A stretch of 63,778 nucleotides of DNA, filler included, from Reticulomyxa filosa (lineage: Eukaryota; Protista; Foraminifera), in the NCBI GenBank assembly GCA_000512085.1. It is 22 parts of 22 records of this genome, joined end to end, with 100 filler letters (N's around TTAATTAATTAA, not from the genome) between each part and the next. Parts side by side here need not be neighbours in the genome. Positions count along the whole stretch, not along the records: positions 25,713 to 27,570 come from ASPP01014034.1; positions 27,671 to 30,152 come from ASPP01025234.1; positions 30,253 to 31,814 come from ASPP01045714.1; positions 31,915 to 35,330 come from ASPP01026196.1; positions 35,431 to 38,773 come from ASPP01044534.1; 17 more parts are not named here. One strand, given 5' to 3'. The translations under genes were made by a program, and so were the position numbers. The notes beneath the pieces are model-generated. The model did no database searches, was not told the DNA's origin, and saw only the letters and a list, made by a program, of their open reading frames with translations. Positions 25,729-38,873 of the stretch are shown here, piece by piece; within the stretch, counting starts at the first letter, position 1, and every line of letters starts with the position of its first letter.

Positions 25729-26635
25729 GGGTCACACTGGAAGTGTGTTGAATGTCCAGTGGTCTCCAGCTCATCGCAACTTGCTCGCGTCGTATGCAAA
25801 TGATCAAACGATTCGGATTTGGCATCCTCATAGTGGCTCAAAGAGCTGGGATCGGTGCCATGTCGTGAAGCAAGCGGCGAAGCACGAAAAGGAACAGATA
25901 ATAGATATGAAGTGGCAGAACATAACCACGACCAGCCCCTTGTTGGGCTACAGCGATACGAATGGCACATTGCGGCTGTTGAACGTCCAGAATTTGCATA
26001 GCCAAATTGCCTTTGTGTCTCATTCGTATGAGCACTTGGTCAAAGAACACTGGACGGTAAAACACGCCGGCTCCAAATTCGCCTTTGGCACCAACTACAT
26101 TGTGGGCACACACGGAAACAACTTGAATGTTGTCGACTGTGTCAAAGGCAAACGCGTTGGCATTTTGAAGAAACACAAAGCAGTCGTCACCGCTTGTGAT
26201 ATTACCCCTATGCCACAGAAGAAAGCACTTAAGACTTGTATTGCGCATAGACAAACAAGCACTGTTTCGGAAAAGGAAAATTTAGACAATGATCAAAATC
26301 AAAGTCAAAATCAAAATCATAATAATGACTTTGATGTACTCATAAGCTGCCATTCCGCCTCTTCCTTGGTGGCAAGTAGTGACGAAAATAATGATATCTA
26401 CTTTTGGGCTTTGTCTGATGATACTTATCAAGGCACTTTTCTCAATCAAATTTCCAATGCACATCAATATGAATATGACACACATTCAACAAAGAACTCT
26501 GCCACTTCATCTGCTCACAAGTCTTCTCCCAAAAAGTTAATCTCCAATTTATGCTTTTTAAATGATGGACAATGGCTCCTTAGCACTGGTGGAGATGGGA
26601 TTGTCAAGCTCTGGGATTGTACCCAATATGTTTAG
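25729..26635 (+). CDS. WD40-repeat protein, last exon
   Basis: GHTGSVLNVQWSP..LLAS..DQTIRIW, KKHKAVVTACDI, LLSTGGDGIVKLWD. A-tract/AG acceptor at the contig start. Confidence 0.9.
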
Positions 26636-27274
26636 ACTAAACAGCTATCATACTTGCTTTTCTTACTCCGTCAATATATTTTTCTGGCGAAACTCCAACC
26701 TTTTTTTTTCATGTTGGAAAAAAAAAAAGGAATCTTTTTGAAAAGAAAACATCAAAAAAAACCTGATTTTGTGAATGAATTTTGTGTCACTACACCGTCC
26801 TCGTATGTACTCGTTTCGATAAATATCATTAAATATAAATATCATTTTAAAGATTGAAGAAGTAAATTTTTCACAACTCGACTTTCAATGTTTTTTGGAT
26901 TTCAATTGAACTGCATCTCCAAACCGTTCCTGAGAAGTAAAAATGTTTGTAATGCAATTGGGCAAGTTCGTTGTAGTTGTTGAAAAAAAAAGACTATAAA
27001 ACCCAGAAATTGGGAAGACTTCTCACAAGGTGAAAAATTAAGGATTTTTTTGAATGATAATATACTGCAAAGGTTGTTGATTTAATCAATCTTTCACATT
27101 CAGCAAATCAAAAAAGATAAATCACTGAAGGAAATTTTGGTGACGTTGTGTGGTTGGCATCTTATTACTGTTTTTTTTTTTTCCTCCTTATCTCATCGAA
27201 AAGTCGATCGGGACAACGCTTTGGAGAAAAAAAGAAAGGTTTGAGATATTGGTGTGAACTAGTCTTTGAAGATG

Positions 27275-27570
27275 AGTGTGACGCATGGCAAACGATATGA
27301 AGCACAAAATCAAGCAATATCACAACTGTTAAATCGCACTCATTCCAATGTACCTGGACATTCCAAGCTTGGAAACAGTGAAGCTGCAGACTTGCTACAC
27401 AGCATGGGAGAAATGATGCATATTAACCATCATTCCAATTCTCATACTCTCTTTTCTCCCATACACACCGCAATATTAAATACATCGACACCCTTCACTA
27501 AATTTTCCAATGCGTTCCACAACTTTGGAGTTTTTCTTTTTTTTTTTTTTTGTGCGGATATTAGGACGAA
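27275..27570 (+). CDS. Probable first exon of a hypothetical protein (runs into intron-like T-tract, then linker)
   Basis: MSVTHGKRYEAQNQAISQLLNR… coding-like ORF followed by GT and a T-run. Confidence 0.4.
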
Positions 27571-27670
27571 NNNNNNNNNNNNNNNNNNNNNNNNNNNNNN
27601 NNNNNNNNNNNNNNTTAATTAATTAANNNNNNNNNNNNNNNNNNNNNNNNNNNNNNNNNNNNNNNNNNNN

Positions 27671-28224
27671 TTTGCCCACGAGAAATGTCACCGTGGACTT
27701 TGTAAAGGCGTTTCAATCCACTACGTATTCTGAGTTTAGTGCAAAACGACATCGTCCAAATATTACTTACTATACACATGCCACGCGTAATGCACATTTT
27801 TTTCCATATTTTTTTTTTTTTTTCTTCCTCGTCCGTTCTCAGCCATGTTCGATTACAATCGCACTGCTTTTCTTTTGTCGTCGTCGTAAAAGATGTTGGT
27901 GACGGTGTGATCTATTTGTCAAGCTAGTCGTCATTCCTCTATTGCAACGCATCGCTACAAGTCCATCAATGACGTCGTTGGAACGTGTCAGCAAGGACCA
28001 CCAACTGACGCCGCTCGGATCGGACGTCATCGGCTGGTTCTCGTGACCTTCCACAAAGGGTGATATTCCGATGCGTCAAGTATATGAACCTTTTTTTCTG
28101 AAGTTGCATCTTGATTAATCAAAGCATCAAAAGTATTCTCGGACATTATATATAGATGAAATGAAGGAGCTGAGTTATGGCAAAGATGTTGTAGCAATTT
28201 TTTTTTCAGTAACATGTCAGCCAT
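27671..28224 (-). pseudogene. Possible rhodanese/sulfurtransferase pseudogene
   Basis: VHILDASEY and IFYDDD..AVRL resemble rhodanese N-domain motifs; multiple in-frame stops between them. Confidence 0.3.
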
Positions 28225-30252
28225 ATTCTCAAAGGCTTTTCTTTATCTTTGGTATTGCTAGGTATATTTGCAATGGACAATCTCTTATGGCATAAAAACA
28301 CGTTTTTCATTTTTAACTATCAAAATTTGACAACTTCTGTATAAGAAATAAACAGTTTTCAATTTTTTTAAACATTATCTGCAGATTCTCAAGTGCTCCA
28401 TTTGCTTCGATGTTTTCTTAAAATCTTTTGGTTAAATAAAGTTTAAACAAAGAAACTCGTTTTATACCAAATCGATAATAACATCTCTAGGTGTTGTTAT
28501 CACATTAAAACTCCACTTAAATACTACTATTTATAACAGAAAGAAAAAAAAGCTAATGAGTGCTCACATCAAAAAATTAAGGATCTACAAAAAAAAGGGC
28601 ATTACTCGTTCGATCTCATTTTTGTAGGCGTTGCTGCACTGACATGTCAATTGATTGCCCAAAGTCACGAAAACAACCAATCATATGCGATAGTGTGACA
28701 CGATATAACATTGCAGATGTAGCCAAAAGGAATGTGCTCTTGTGCAGTTGTCAACGTCGTATAGCAGGGATGACAGTTCCATTATTTGATATGTCACTGC
28801 TGATATTTAAAAAAAATGAGATTTATAACATTAACAACCCCACTGAAATATTTTCCAAATCGTTTAGTAAAACTCTTTGCTATCGTTCTTCATTGTCAAA
28901 TTCGCTAGCCAAAATAAAGGGATGCTATCTTTTCTTTTTATTGCATGTGGATTCGGTGTTATTTTCTGAGTCGTATTGTGTTTCGGCTTTTTCAAGTCAG
29001 TTCTTCTTTTTTTTTTTTGTGTGTACTATTTATTTCACAATGAACAATTTTAACAAACAAAAAAAGTTAGTCAATGTTCGAACTTAACTTAAAGAGCTAT
29101 TGTAACATATTTTTCTTGTAATAGCGTCGCAAGCCAAAACCTAACAGACAGCAAGGAGCAATAACGCAACACAGTTTTCATTTTAAAGATATTGTTCAAA
29201 TGTTTAGAGTTTTTAGATCTTTCTTAAAAAACCTTTTTCAAGTCTAAAACTTTTTTTCTGTTTGACGTAAAAAGGATTGACACGTTATTGTGATAAAATG
29301 TGTAAATAAAAGCAATTTTTAATAAAATTTGTTGATCCAAATCAAAATTACAATTTCTTAAATGAAAGTTTTGCAGTTGGAAGTCGTCACGTTTTTTCCC
29401 TTTTTTTTTGGCGAGGTTCGGAGTTGTGTGCGTTAAATATGTCACGCTGCTTTAATTATGCTCCAAAAGGCGCACATTGCCATCAGCTCCATATTCCAAT
29501 TACAAATTATTGCGGGGCAATTTACAAAGTGCGATCTAACTATGACGGCTTCCAAGTCAACACAGTGCAACACCAAATGGGCACTACCGCCATAATAACT
29601 ATCTCGCCGACTATCACCACACCACCAACAGCACTCCATCACAACCACACCAACCACAAATATAGCAAGCAAATCAAATTCATCCATATTTCAGTTACTT
29701 TTGATATACCTTTCTTTCAATTAAGAAAACAAACAAAAAAAAGAGTGAGGAAAAAATTTGATAAAAACAACTAATGATATCAATTTTACATATATGCACA
29801 TATAAAAATTTAACAGACAAGGCGACCAGACATCTATTTGGAAGTATGTTGGAGTCGATATGACAGTCAAGGTGCTCAATCATTAAACTTTGGAGTAGTT
29901 GTACAGCAGCCAACAATGGCTCGCACATTGCGGGTGATTCGGAGTGGACAAATTGCCACAATGACTCGAACCTATGCATGGCCGTTTTTTCATTGGGCGC
30001 AAGCTGCATACGACTGATAGATATCTACTGTGCAATTTGTTGGCACAAGTATATATTATATAAATATATAACTCTATATCTATAAACAATTTTGAAGACA
30101 CACTTTTTTCTTGATGAATTCAGTAATTATCTTTTTCAATATAAAACCCTTTNNNNNNNNNNNNNNNNNNNNNNNNNNNNNNNNNNNNNNNNNNNNTTAA
30201 TTAATTAANNNNNNNNNNNNNNNNNNNNNNNNNNNNNNNNNNNNNNNNNNNN

Positions 30253-30417
30253 TACTCTTTAAATGAAGCAAAAGTCATCATAGAAAACTGGCGTAAACAT
30301 TACAATGAAATCAGGCCTCACAGCTCCTTATATTACAGACCTCCAGCACCAAAAACTATAATCTCCAATTTACTTTATTACTAACTTAAAACCGGACTAC
30401 TTATCGGGGGCTTGACA
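30253..30417 (+). mobile_element. Right end of a bacterial IS3-family insertion sequence (transposase OrfB C-terminus 30253-30384 plus IRR ending …GGGGCTTGACA)
   Basis: YSLNEAKVIIENWRKHYNEIRPHSSLYYRPPAP is the IS3 integrase-core C-terminal signature (W…YN..RPHSSL..PP). Terminal -CA is typical of IS3. Confidence 0.9.
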
Positions 30418-31229
30418 ACCCTTAGCAATAACATCATTTAAAACTTTTAATTTATCTTCAATTTTCGCTATTAAAACATTTGCTACTATATTATTAAATT
30501 CTTTGAGCTTTTGCCCTTTAAATTCTGCTGAAACTTTATAAAGCCCTTCAATAGATTTCATAACTTCAATTTTAAGCAGTCCTTGAACAAAATTATCCTT
30601 AAAAAAAGAACCCTTAACTAATGGTTCTGGCATTTGCTCACGATCAACTTCTCCATTCACAGTTAAATCTTTAAAACCAAAAAGCTTATAGTTTTTAGCT
30701 GCATAACCCCCATATAATATTTTTCTATAGGATTGTTATCTTTTAACTCATTTTCCAGCTCTTTGACTCGCTGTGAAGTACCATAAATCTTATCTAAATC
30801 TTCAGACACCATCTCTTTCTTGTCTTTATTAGCTATTATTTCCCTAGCAAATTCTTTTTGGAAATCAATGTCTTTCTTAATTCTGAAAGGTTGATCAATG
30901 TAATTATTTAGCAGTCGATTTACATCATGGTTAGAGCCTAATAAAACATCTAAAGCACCAAATACCATCTCAGGATTTTGATTTAATAAGCCATCAATAT
31001 TATTAACTCCCTGCTTTTCAAAGAAAATCAGTATACCCTCAGCGGAACGATCAATAAATTCTTGATATCTTTGTTTGAATGCTGCCTTCCCACCATTTTC
31101 ACTAAGCAAGCGCTTGAAATTATCATATTCATATGTGATTTTGCTTTTAATATATTGTGCTATTTTTTCTTTGGCTTCTTTAGAAATTTGCTTATGAACC
31201 TTAAGATTAACTGAACTTAATTCTTGCAT
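30397..31229 (-). pseudogene. Bacterial-type hypothetical gene, frameshifted (ORFs 30663-31229 and 30397-30660) and truncated by the IS3 end
   Basis: Two abutting Lys/Glu-rich intronless ORFs. The last codons (CQAPDK*) are read from the IS inverted repeat. Confidence 0.6.
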
Positions 31230-31295
31230 AAATATTCTCTTACAGCATTAATACAACTATAAATTTATGTCAAAAAGATTAATACTTGGTTAATA

Positions 31296-31814
31296 TCAGA
31301 GATTAATTACATTATTTTTGCTTTTATCATCTTTTTTAGCCATATTGATCCAGGTTTTCTTCTGATATTCAATATTGTTGCTAATTAGTTTATCATGCTC
31401 TTCGGTTCTTTTTTTTGCTGCAGGAGCTTTATTGATAAGACTTTCGCTATATTTTTTGCTAGTTTTATAAGCATCAACAGTCAACCCACCTGCTCCTGCT
31501 AAAAAACACTCCAGTTGCTAATGTAGAAGCTTGTAATGCGCTTATAATTCCAACTGATTTTGTTTCGTTGAAGATTAAGGATGATAATCCAGTTAATAAA
31601 GACCCAAGCACTGAATTATGAAATACTGTTCCACCGATAATTAAAAGAATTAAACCAAAAGTGAAACCAACAATCAGCGCCCCTCTAATTGGATGGATTT
31701 TAAAATATTGCCGAATGCAATTTATCATATGTTGCATGCGAGATTCTATCACTGGCTCATTTTCGGTTACTTCATTAGACTTCTTTCGAAACTCATAACT
31801 TCAGCTCCCAATTA
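31296..31814 (-). CDS. Bacterial-type hypothetical membrane protein (ORFs 31474-31752 and 31296-31484, possibly one frameshifted gene)
   Basis: Hydrophobic helices (GALIVGFTFGLILLIIGG; VLGSLLTGLSSLIF); overlapping ORFs; no intron-like tracts. Confidence 0.5.
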
Positions 31815-32239
31815 NNNNNNNNNNNNNNNNNNNNNNNNNNNNNNNNNNNNNNNNNNNNTTAATTAATTAANNNNNNNNNNNNNNNNNNNNNNNNNNNNNN
31901 NNNNNNNNNNNNNNCTCGTCGTTGCAATTTCAAGTGATTCTTTTTCGCTTGTTCCAACCTCCCGAAGGAGATGAAATACGATCTTTTATCTTTATCTTTG
32001 TCGTTATTAATTACATCTTCCGTTGCTTTAAGCTGTGTCTTTTTCAATCTCTGGATATACCAGCAACGTCTGATATTCCAAATCGCTTGGTAGTCCTATC
32101 ATTCGTCCGAAAGTAGTTCTGGACTAAGATTAGGAAATAAATAAAAAAAAATAAATTATATAATGCAATTTTTTAAATTAAGTATATATATATATATATA
32201 TATACACACATAAATAAATAAAATGTACAAAAGAGTACT

Positions 32240-33690
32240 TGTTAACAATAGGACCGTTTTGAGCTTATTTGAGTTTTTGCGCTCGAATGTGATGTTCTTG
32301 ATTGTGTGATAGAATCCAAGACTGTTTTTCTTTGCGTTGTTAGGACTCTGCAGTACATCTTGTTTTTCTTCGTCAATATTGATATGTTTTTTTTTTTTTG
32401 TCGGTGGCCATGAAAGATGCACCTCATCCTGCAGATCCAAAGGAAGGCACGATATCCATCGTCGTCGTGGGCTTGGTTGCGTTCAAGTGATTGATATGTG
32501 TATTCGTGTTGTTGTTGTTGTTGTTGTTGTTGTTGGCAGGACAATTTTGAGAAGATGCAGAGGAATCTGCAGCAGACGATTTAGAAGCTGATTTTTTTGG
32601 AAACATCTGTATTTGCATTTATTGCATTTGCATTACTATGATTGGTCTTGACATTAGTCTTAGGTTGATTCGATTTTTTCTTTTCTCGTTGCTTGTCTTC
32701 AAGGTCGTCCAAATCCTGTGTTTCATTGGCCACAGTGTCGGTATCTTCATTGTGTATTTGCGGCATTTCTTTGGCGTCGTCGCGCGTTGATTTTGGTCGA
32801 TGGTGAAGCATTGGATTGATATCGATATTGACTTGTCATTGAACACTTTCATATGTCCTTGGAACGTGCGAATCAGGATCTCATCACGCTCTCCAAAGGC
32901 ACTGGAATGTCATCTTTTACATCGTTCTTCAACTCCTTCAGCGTCAATAGAGGCCCGACTTGGATATGTTTATTCGGATCGAACACAAAGTCGTTCTCCT
33001 CGTTCGTCAGGTTCACTACTAACCGTTGTACTCCTTCTTTCAACTGGTTTTTATTTAGCATTTCCGCTTTCGAGGCAAACAAGTTCCAGCGTTTTGTTTC
33101 GTTTGTGACGATGCTTTTTCGCTACTTTCTAACGTTTTTTTTTTTAGTTAGGTCCCCCTTTTTTTTTTTAAACGAATGAAAGAAAATGAAATAATAAAAA
33201 AAACTTGGTAGTAGTCTTTGGCATGCTTTCGTAAAATAATCGATGCGTTGATATCGGCAATAAGTTTTCTATAAAAATCCAAATAATTTTTGGTATGGTA
33301 GTCCAAAATTTCGGTAAATAAGAGCATGTCTCCTTTGCTACTGATACGGATGCTCAAGTTGGACAACAAAGTCCCAAACTCTTCAATGTCCAAATCATTG
33401 CTATTGTGACGTCGGCTTGTTTGAATGCTGCTTTCAAAATTATATTACTTTTTTTTGAAAATGCTGATCAGTTCCTCCATTGTCGCAAACTCACTCTTTG
33501 CCATTGATTGTTCCAGTCTCTCATCTGACATCTTTTTCCCATTTCTTGTCGGTCTTTCGTTTGTTTCGATATTCCATTTGATTTGTCCGTTTGCTTTCCC
33601 GTCTTTTCGTTTTGTTTGTCCCGTGTTTCTGCCATTCACTGTGTCCCTTCTTTCCTCTTCATTATCAAATCTTCAGGATTTACCTTTTTT
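32240..33690 (-). pseudogene. Multi-exon hypothetical gene or pseudogene (helical, poly-Asn)
   Basis: Chain of minus-strand coding-like ORFs (33445-33639, 33148-33393, 32873-33082, 32581-32811, 32424-32618). In-frame TAA at 33445-33447 and apparent frameshifts. Confidence 0.45.
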
Positions 33691-34981
33691 TTTTTTGTAA
33701 TGTGATGTAACGTGACAAGTCCTAAAAAAAAGATATTACACTCTTTTTTTTTTTGGCTTATGTATGATATGCATATATACATATATATATATATATATCT
33801 CTTAAAACTGCATTCGTGGCATGTGATGTGCTACTATTGTTATTCATTTTCTGGGACCACACAACGCGCGACTCCAATCACTTATTGCTCGCATGTTGAG
33901 CCGTTCTTTGGTAACTATATTATTTTCATCACGATGATAATAAAAAAAATACAACAAAAAGATAATATACACAACATACCAAGTACGCTGGATCAATTCA
34001 CTCCAACGTTTAAAAAAATGGAGTCATTGAGCATATGCTCAATTGACCCCTCCACAACAAAAATAATTTTTTCCACAACCCAACCCAACACCCCCACCTC
34101 TACCAAAAAAATAAAAACAACATTGTTGTGTGTTTAATTAATTTTTTTGTGTACACAAAAATGAGGAGGTGCCAACAGTTAAGTATTTAGGAGCTCCCTT
34201 TTTCAGGGGGGTATATACTCCAAACTTTTTGGCCCACCCTCCAACGCAGAGGAAAAACCAAAAAAACAAAAAAAAGGATACAAACCACAGATTTTTATTA
34301 ATATTTCATACCCGGAGCCAGGAGAATTTTCGATCCCCCTTTTAATTCTTTTTTCATATATATTATTAATATTTCCTTTTAATAATATATATTATTATTA
34401 TATTTATAATTGCCATGTGGCACCACCAACGAGATTCGCTTGATCATCTATTTACACAACAAACACCCAACCCATTCCCACAAAAGTGTAGTAAAAGATA
34501 AAAAAAAATTCAAAAAAACTTAAATTAATTAAATATCAATATATAATTTTCTTTCTTTCAAATCTATTTCTTGCACATTACACACAAACAAAAAAACAAA
34601 CACACAAACAAACAAATATTATAACATATATGACATATTAAAAAAAATAAATATAAAAATAAATATAAAAACATAACATTTTAATTTATAATAACATGAG
34701 TCACGATCACCACATGTCTATTATAAAATAATAATAAATATTATAATATATTAATATATTAATAATATATTCCATTGGGGGGAAATTCTCCTTGGCTCCT
34801 TTTATTTTTTTATTTTTTTTATCTGTGGTTTGTGAATGGGGGAAAGTGGATGTGTTTTTCATGCGTTGAGGGGAAAGAATGGCCTCAACCCACTCCAACT
34901 TAACTGGTACAAGGCAACACTCTTATTTACAATATATACAAGTACAACAAAAAAATTAATACACAAAACACAAACAACAAT

Positions 34982-35330
34982 GGCCGCTAGTGATGGCCGA
35001 TCGGAGGCCGAATAGTGCCCTAACGGAGGCCAAGATGGAGCCAATGAAGGCCCAATGATCGCTAGTTGTTGCCTAGTTGAGGCAGAATGGAGGCCTAGCG
35101 AAAGCCAATAGAGGCCAAGTAACGGCCTAGTGGAGGTCAATGGAGGCCAAGCGTGGGCCTAGTCAATGCTGACTGTAGGCCGATTGATGGCCAAGATAAG
35201 GCCAATTGTGTGCCTTCCATTGTTTTTGGGGGGTGGTTGCTGCTGTGGTGGATTCTGTTGTTGGGGTGGTCGTTGTGGCCTAAGTGGCTGATTGGAAGCC
35301 TAAGTGGCTGATGTGGTGCCTAAGTGGCTG
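34982..35330. repeat. GC-rich degenerate ~10-11-bp GGCC minisatellite followed by a 20-bp tandem repeat (GCCTAAGTGGCTG core x3) running into the contig end
   Basis: Recurrent GAGGCCAA/GGCCTAG units at 34982-35210; GCCTAAGTGGCTG at 35278, 35298 and 35318. Confidence 0.75.
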
Positions 35331-35497
35331 NNNNNNNNNNNNNNNNNNNNNNNNNNNNNNNNNNNNNNNNNNNNTTAATTAATTAANNNNNNNNNNNNNN
35401 NNNNNNNNNNNNNNNNNNNNNNNNNNNNNNAATAATAATAATAAAAACAATATGAAAGATAACATGTATTACACATATATAAGATACTGTTTTTCGC

Positions 35498-37067
35498 TTG
35501 CAACGAATAGGAGAAGACACAGAAGAGCCCACACCACCGGACCCGCCGTCGATGGCATATTTGACAATTAATAGAAATGAAAAGAAAAGTATATTGCAAT
35601 GGAATTGTGCGAAAAAGTTTGTGAACAGAGCGTACTATGGATTGACATTAGAGGATGTGACAGAAGTGAGACAGGGGAAAAAAAAGCAGCGTGAGACCAT
35701 GTTAGGAATGACGACCAATTGCGAAATGACAATCGACTGGCAACGACTGCGTGCATTTTGCGAACGCAATGAAATCGACCTATCACAGCTCAGTCTGCCC
35801 CACTGCCCGTTGAAATTGAAAGTGCAAACCATCACTGTTAACAAAAAAGAATGGATATGCTCTGAAAAAGTCCTTGTGCGTGTGCGAACTCAGCCTATTC
35901 ACGTCGAAGGAGATCGATTGCATTTGCTGTCGAATGTTTTTCCTCTGGCAGAAGAAAAGTTTACCGTCGCAATTGTTCGAAACAAACACATACACACACA
36001 GCTGTTAGAGTCATATAAACATATATACATATACTTTAATATATATATTAAAGTATATGTATATATGTTTATATGATTTGAAAGGAAAGAAGACATGGAC
36101 CATAATTTGTCATTACGTCGGGACTCACGTTTGGATTCTCGATTCAATGATATCGACAAAGCACTGTGCGATGAAGACGTAGCCATTGTGTTTGCAATTA
36201 CTACGACGAATGATCGAAATCAGTTATTTTTGAAGAATTTTGGATGCAGTTTATCCTATATAAATATATGCATATATATATGTATATGTATACGTATGTG
36301 TGGATCATTTGTTTGATAATGAAATAGAATCGAAAATGCATATACACAACAACAAATAGCGAACAAAAAAAAAAGAGTCGAGTTCCAACACTGCACTCAA
36401 GGCAGCTCGGAATCAGGGTACTTGCATGTTGCCTCTTGGCATGTGGAATTTGCGCAGATCTTGGGCCATTACTTCAATGTGATATCGGGCTCGTCAAACC
36501 AAGAGCACGTGAGCAACGAGGGACAGCACACGTTTTGTTTGGAAGAGGACGGAACGGAGTCGAAAGGGATGAGTCGATCGCCGAAACGCAGTCGATCCCA
36601 AAAACAGATGAATCAATCCCCTGTGAACGCACGACACACGTTGGTCCGAGTCATTTCGTTCACTAAACACGCACCGTCGATGAAAGTGCACTTTCTACCG
36701 ATGGTAAAGCACCTGATCAAGTCGCTGAACACGTTGTTCAGCGGAGAACAAGTGCTTCGAGCGATCGAATACTTGGCGTTTGATTATTGCAAAAAAGACG
36801 CGTATTGCTTGAATGAACTGCAAGACTGGGTTACATCGTACTTTTCTAAAATGTTTTGCAAAGGAGTGGACGAAGCGAAAAGACAAAATGAAGAGCAAAT
36901 AAAGGAGGAGAGTTTCCATCAGAATGGCAGTGGCAATGACAATGACAATGACAATAAATATGATAATGATAATGACAATGACAATGATAATAATAATAAT
37001 AGTGACAATGACAATAAATATAATAATGACAATGATAATAATAACAATAATGACAATAATAATAACG

Positions 37068-37100
<33 letters not shown>

Positions 37101-38773
37101 GTAATGACAATGACTCCCAAATACAAAACAAAAAACATCCCATACGGATGAACTTAGACTGGACGGATTCTGCAAAGGCACTCATTTGCTTTTACTTTCG
37201 AATGACCATTCAGCCCACTCACATCACTGTCAACTATTTGAATAAAGTGATGGATATTATCATCCACAACCACGCTTTGCGAGCTGAATTCAGCGAGACA
37301 AGAGTTAATTGCGCGCATGTAAATACACGACAAATATATATATATATATACATATATATACATATACACATATATACATATATATATATATGTCTATGCA
37401 CGTATATAAAAACAGAAGAGAGAATGCTTCGAAAAGATACAACAAAACATATGGCTGATATTCGGAGAAAAGTATATTGAGAAATTGCGCAAAGCAATAG
37501 TGAAATATGTTTGCGAAAGAAACGAAAAAGAGATCCCAGAGGGATTTATGGGAATACTTTTGTTTAATTTATTTTACTCGGTCAAGAGTGAAGCCATGAA
37601 TCGAAACAACAATAATAATAATAATAATAATAATAATAGTAATGAATGGATGAATAGACTAGAAGAAAAGTTATTCGAATTAGAGGTAACGTTAGAACAT
37701 TTCCAATTGGACCAATGGATAAAAAAATTTCTGCCTGGTGAGCATTGCTACTCCAAGTCCTTGTCCGTGACCGAGTCGAAGAAAAAGGGACTGAGCTATT
37801 TCGTGGCGACCAACCGACGCTTTGGCTGGATCGATCCTGCCACCGGCACTTTGAAAGACCCGCAAATGATTGACTTGATCGAGCCTTTCATCGGCTTTTT
37901 TTGCGCAAACAGCTGCTTCACCAGTTTCAAGCAGCTAGAGGAACTCGTTTCCAAATTCCGACTGTCGTGGCAGTCCTTTGCTGCCAACGTGTATCGTTAC
38001 CAGCACCTTTCTACCAGTCTGTGTCAACAGTCATCCAAGTTCACCTACGTCGCCATTGTTCAAAAAGAGCCTTTCATGAGTGAAGAGAAGAGTCAATTCA
38101 AACAATTTGATTCTTCCATTTATCATTTGGCTTGTTATTTGTGGGATCCTCAATTGCCTTTGGGCGGTGCGTTTATATATATATATACATATATATATAC
38201 ATATATATATAGTATATACATATACATATAAATATATGATTTGTGAGATATAGCACGCATTGCATTGATTTGCGAATTCGTGAAACCCAACAACCAAGAA
38301 TGGAGACTTCCCAACTTTAACGATAAAAAAATGAATAATATACTTTTTCTTGTGTTTGTACTGCTAATTCAACTTCCAAATGCTGAGGACGTGACGAACC
38401 AAGGCTATTTAAACGACAGCATTCAACTAGTCAATGTGCTGTTCCATCGTTTGTACCAATGTCTGTTTCATCCAATGAAAACGCAGTCGAGTTTGAAACT
38501 GGTCACTTCTTGTCGTACGGTCAATGGCGAGGCAAGAGTAAAAACTGTTATCTCAATCATGGCGACACGAGTGCCGATACGACCATAGCCGAGTCGAAAC
38601 GGAAAAACACGGACACGGAAGAGACAAAAGAGCAAGACTATTGGCTGACTGACGAATGGCGCTTAGGAGTGTGCGAGGAACTGTTGCGCACTGACGCCGC
38701 ATTGATCCATCAATTGTTGATCGCGTCGATCAAAATCCGACTGGGTACGGATATTCGCAGACAAAAAGTGCGC
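35498..38773 (+). CDS. Internal exons of a large multi-exon hypothetical protein with poly-Asn inserts
   Basis: Successive plus-strand ORFs (35498-36076, 36095-36316, 36422-37480, 37485-38231, 38265-38588, 38459-38773) separated mostly by (TA)n intron-like tracts. No family recognised. Confidence 0.7.
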
Positions 38774-38873
38774 NNNNNNNNNNNNNNNNNNNNNNNNNNN
38801 NNNNNNNNNNNNNNNNNTTAATTAATTAANNNNNNNNNNNNNNNNNNNNNNNNNNNNNNNNNNNNNNNNNNNN

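Noticed and set aside
34859-35140. 93-aa Leu/Pro/Ser ORF
   Set aside because: Reads through the GGCC minisatellite; likely spurious.
36695-37185. Poly-Ile, poly-Tyr/His/Cys and poly-Leu ORFs (also 189-407, 520-1119)
   Set aside because: Alternative-frame or antisense shadows of AAT/GAC poly-Asn/Asp coding tracts.
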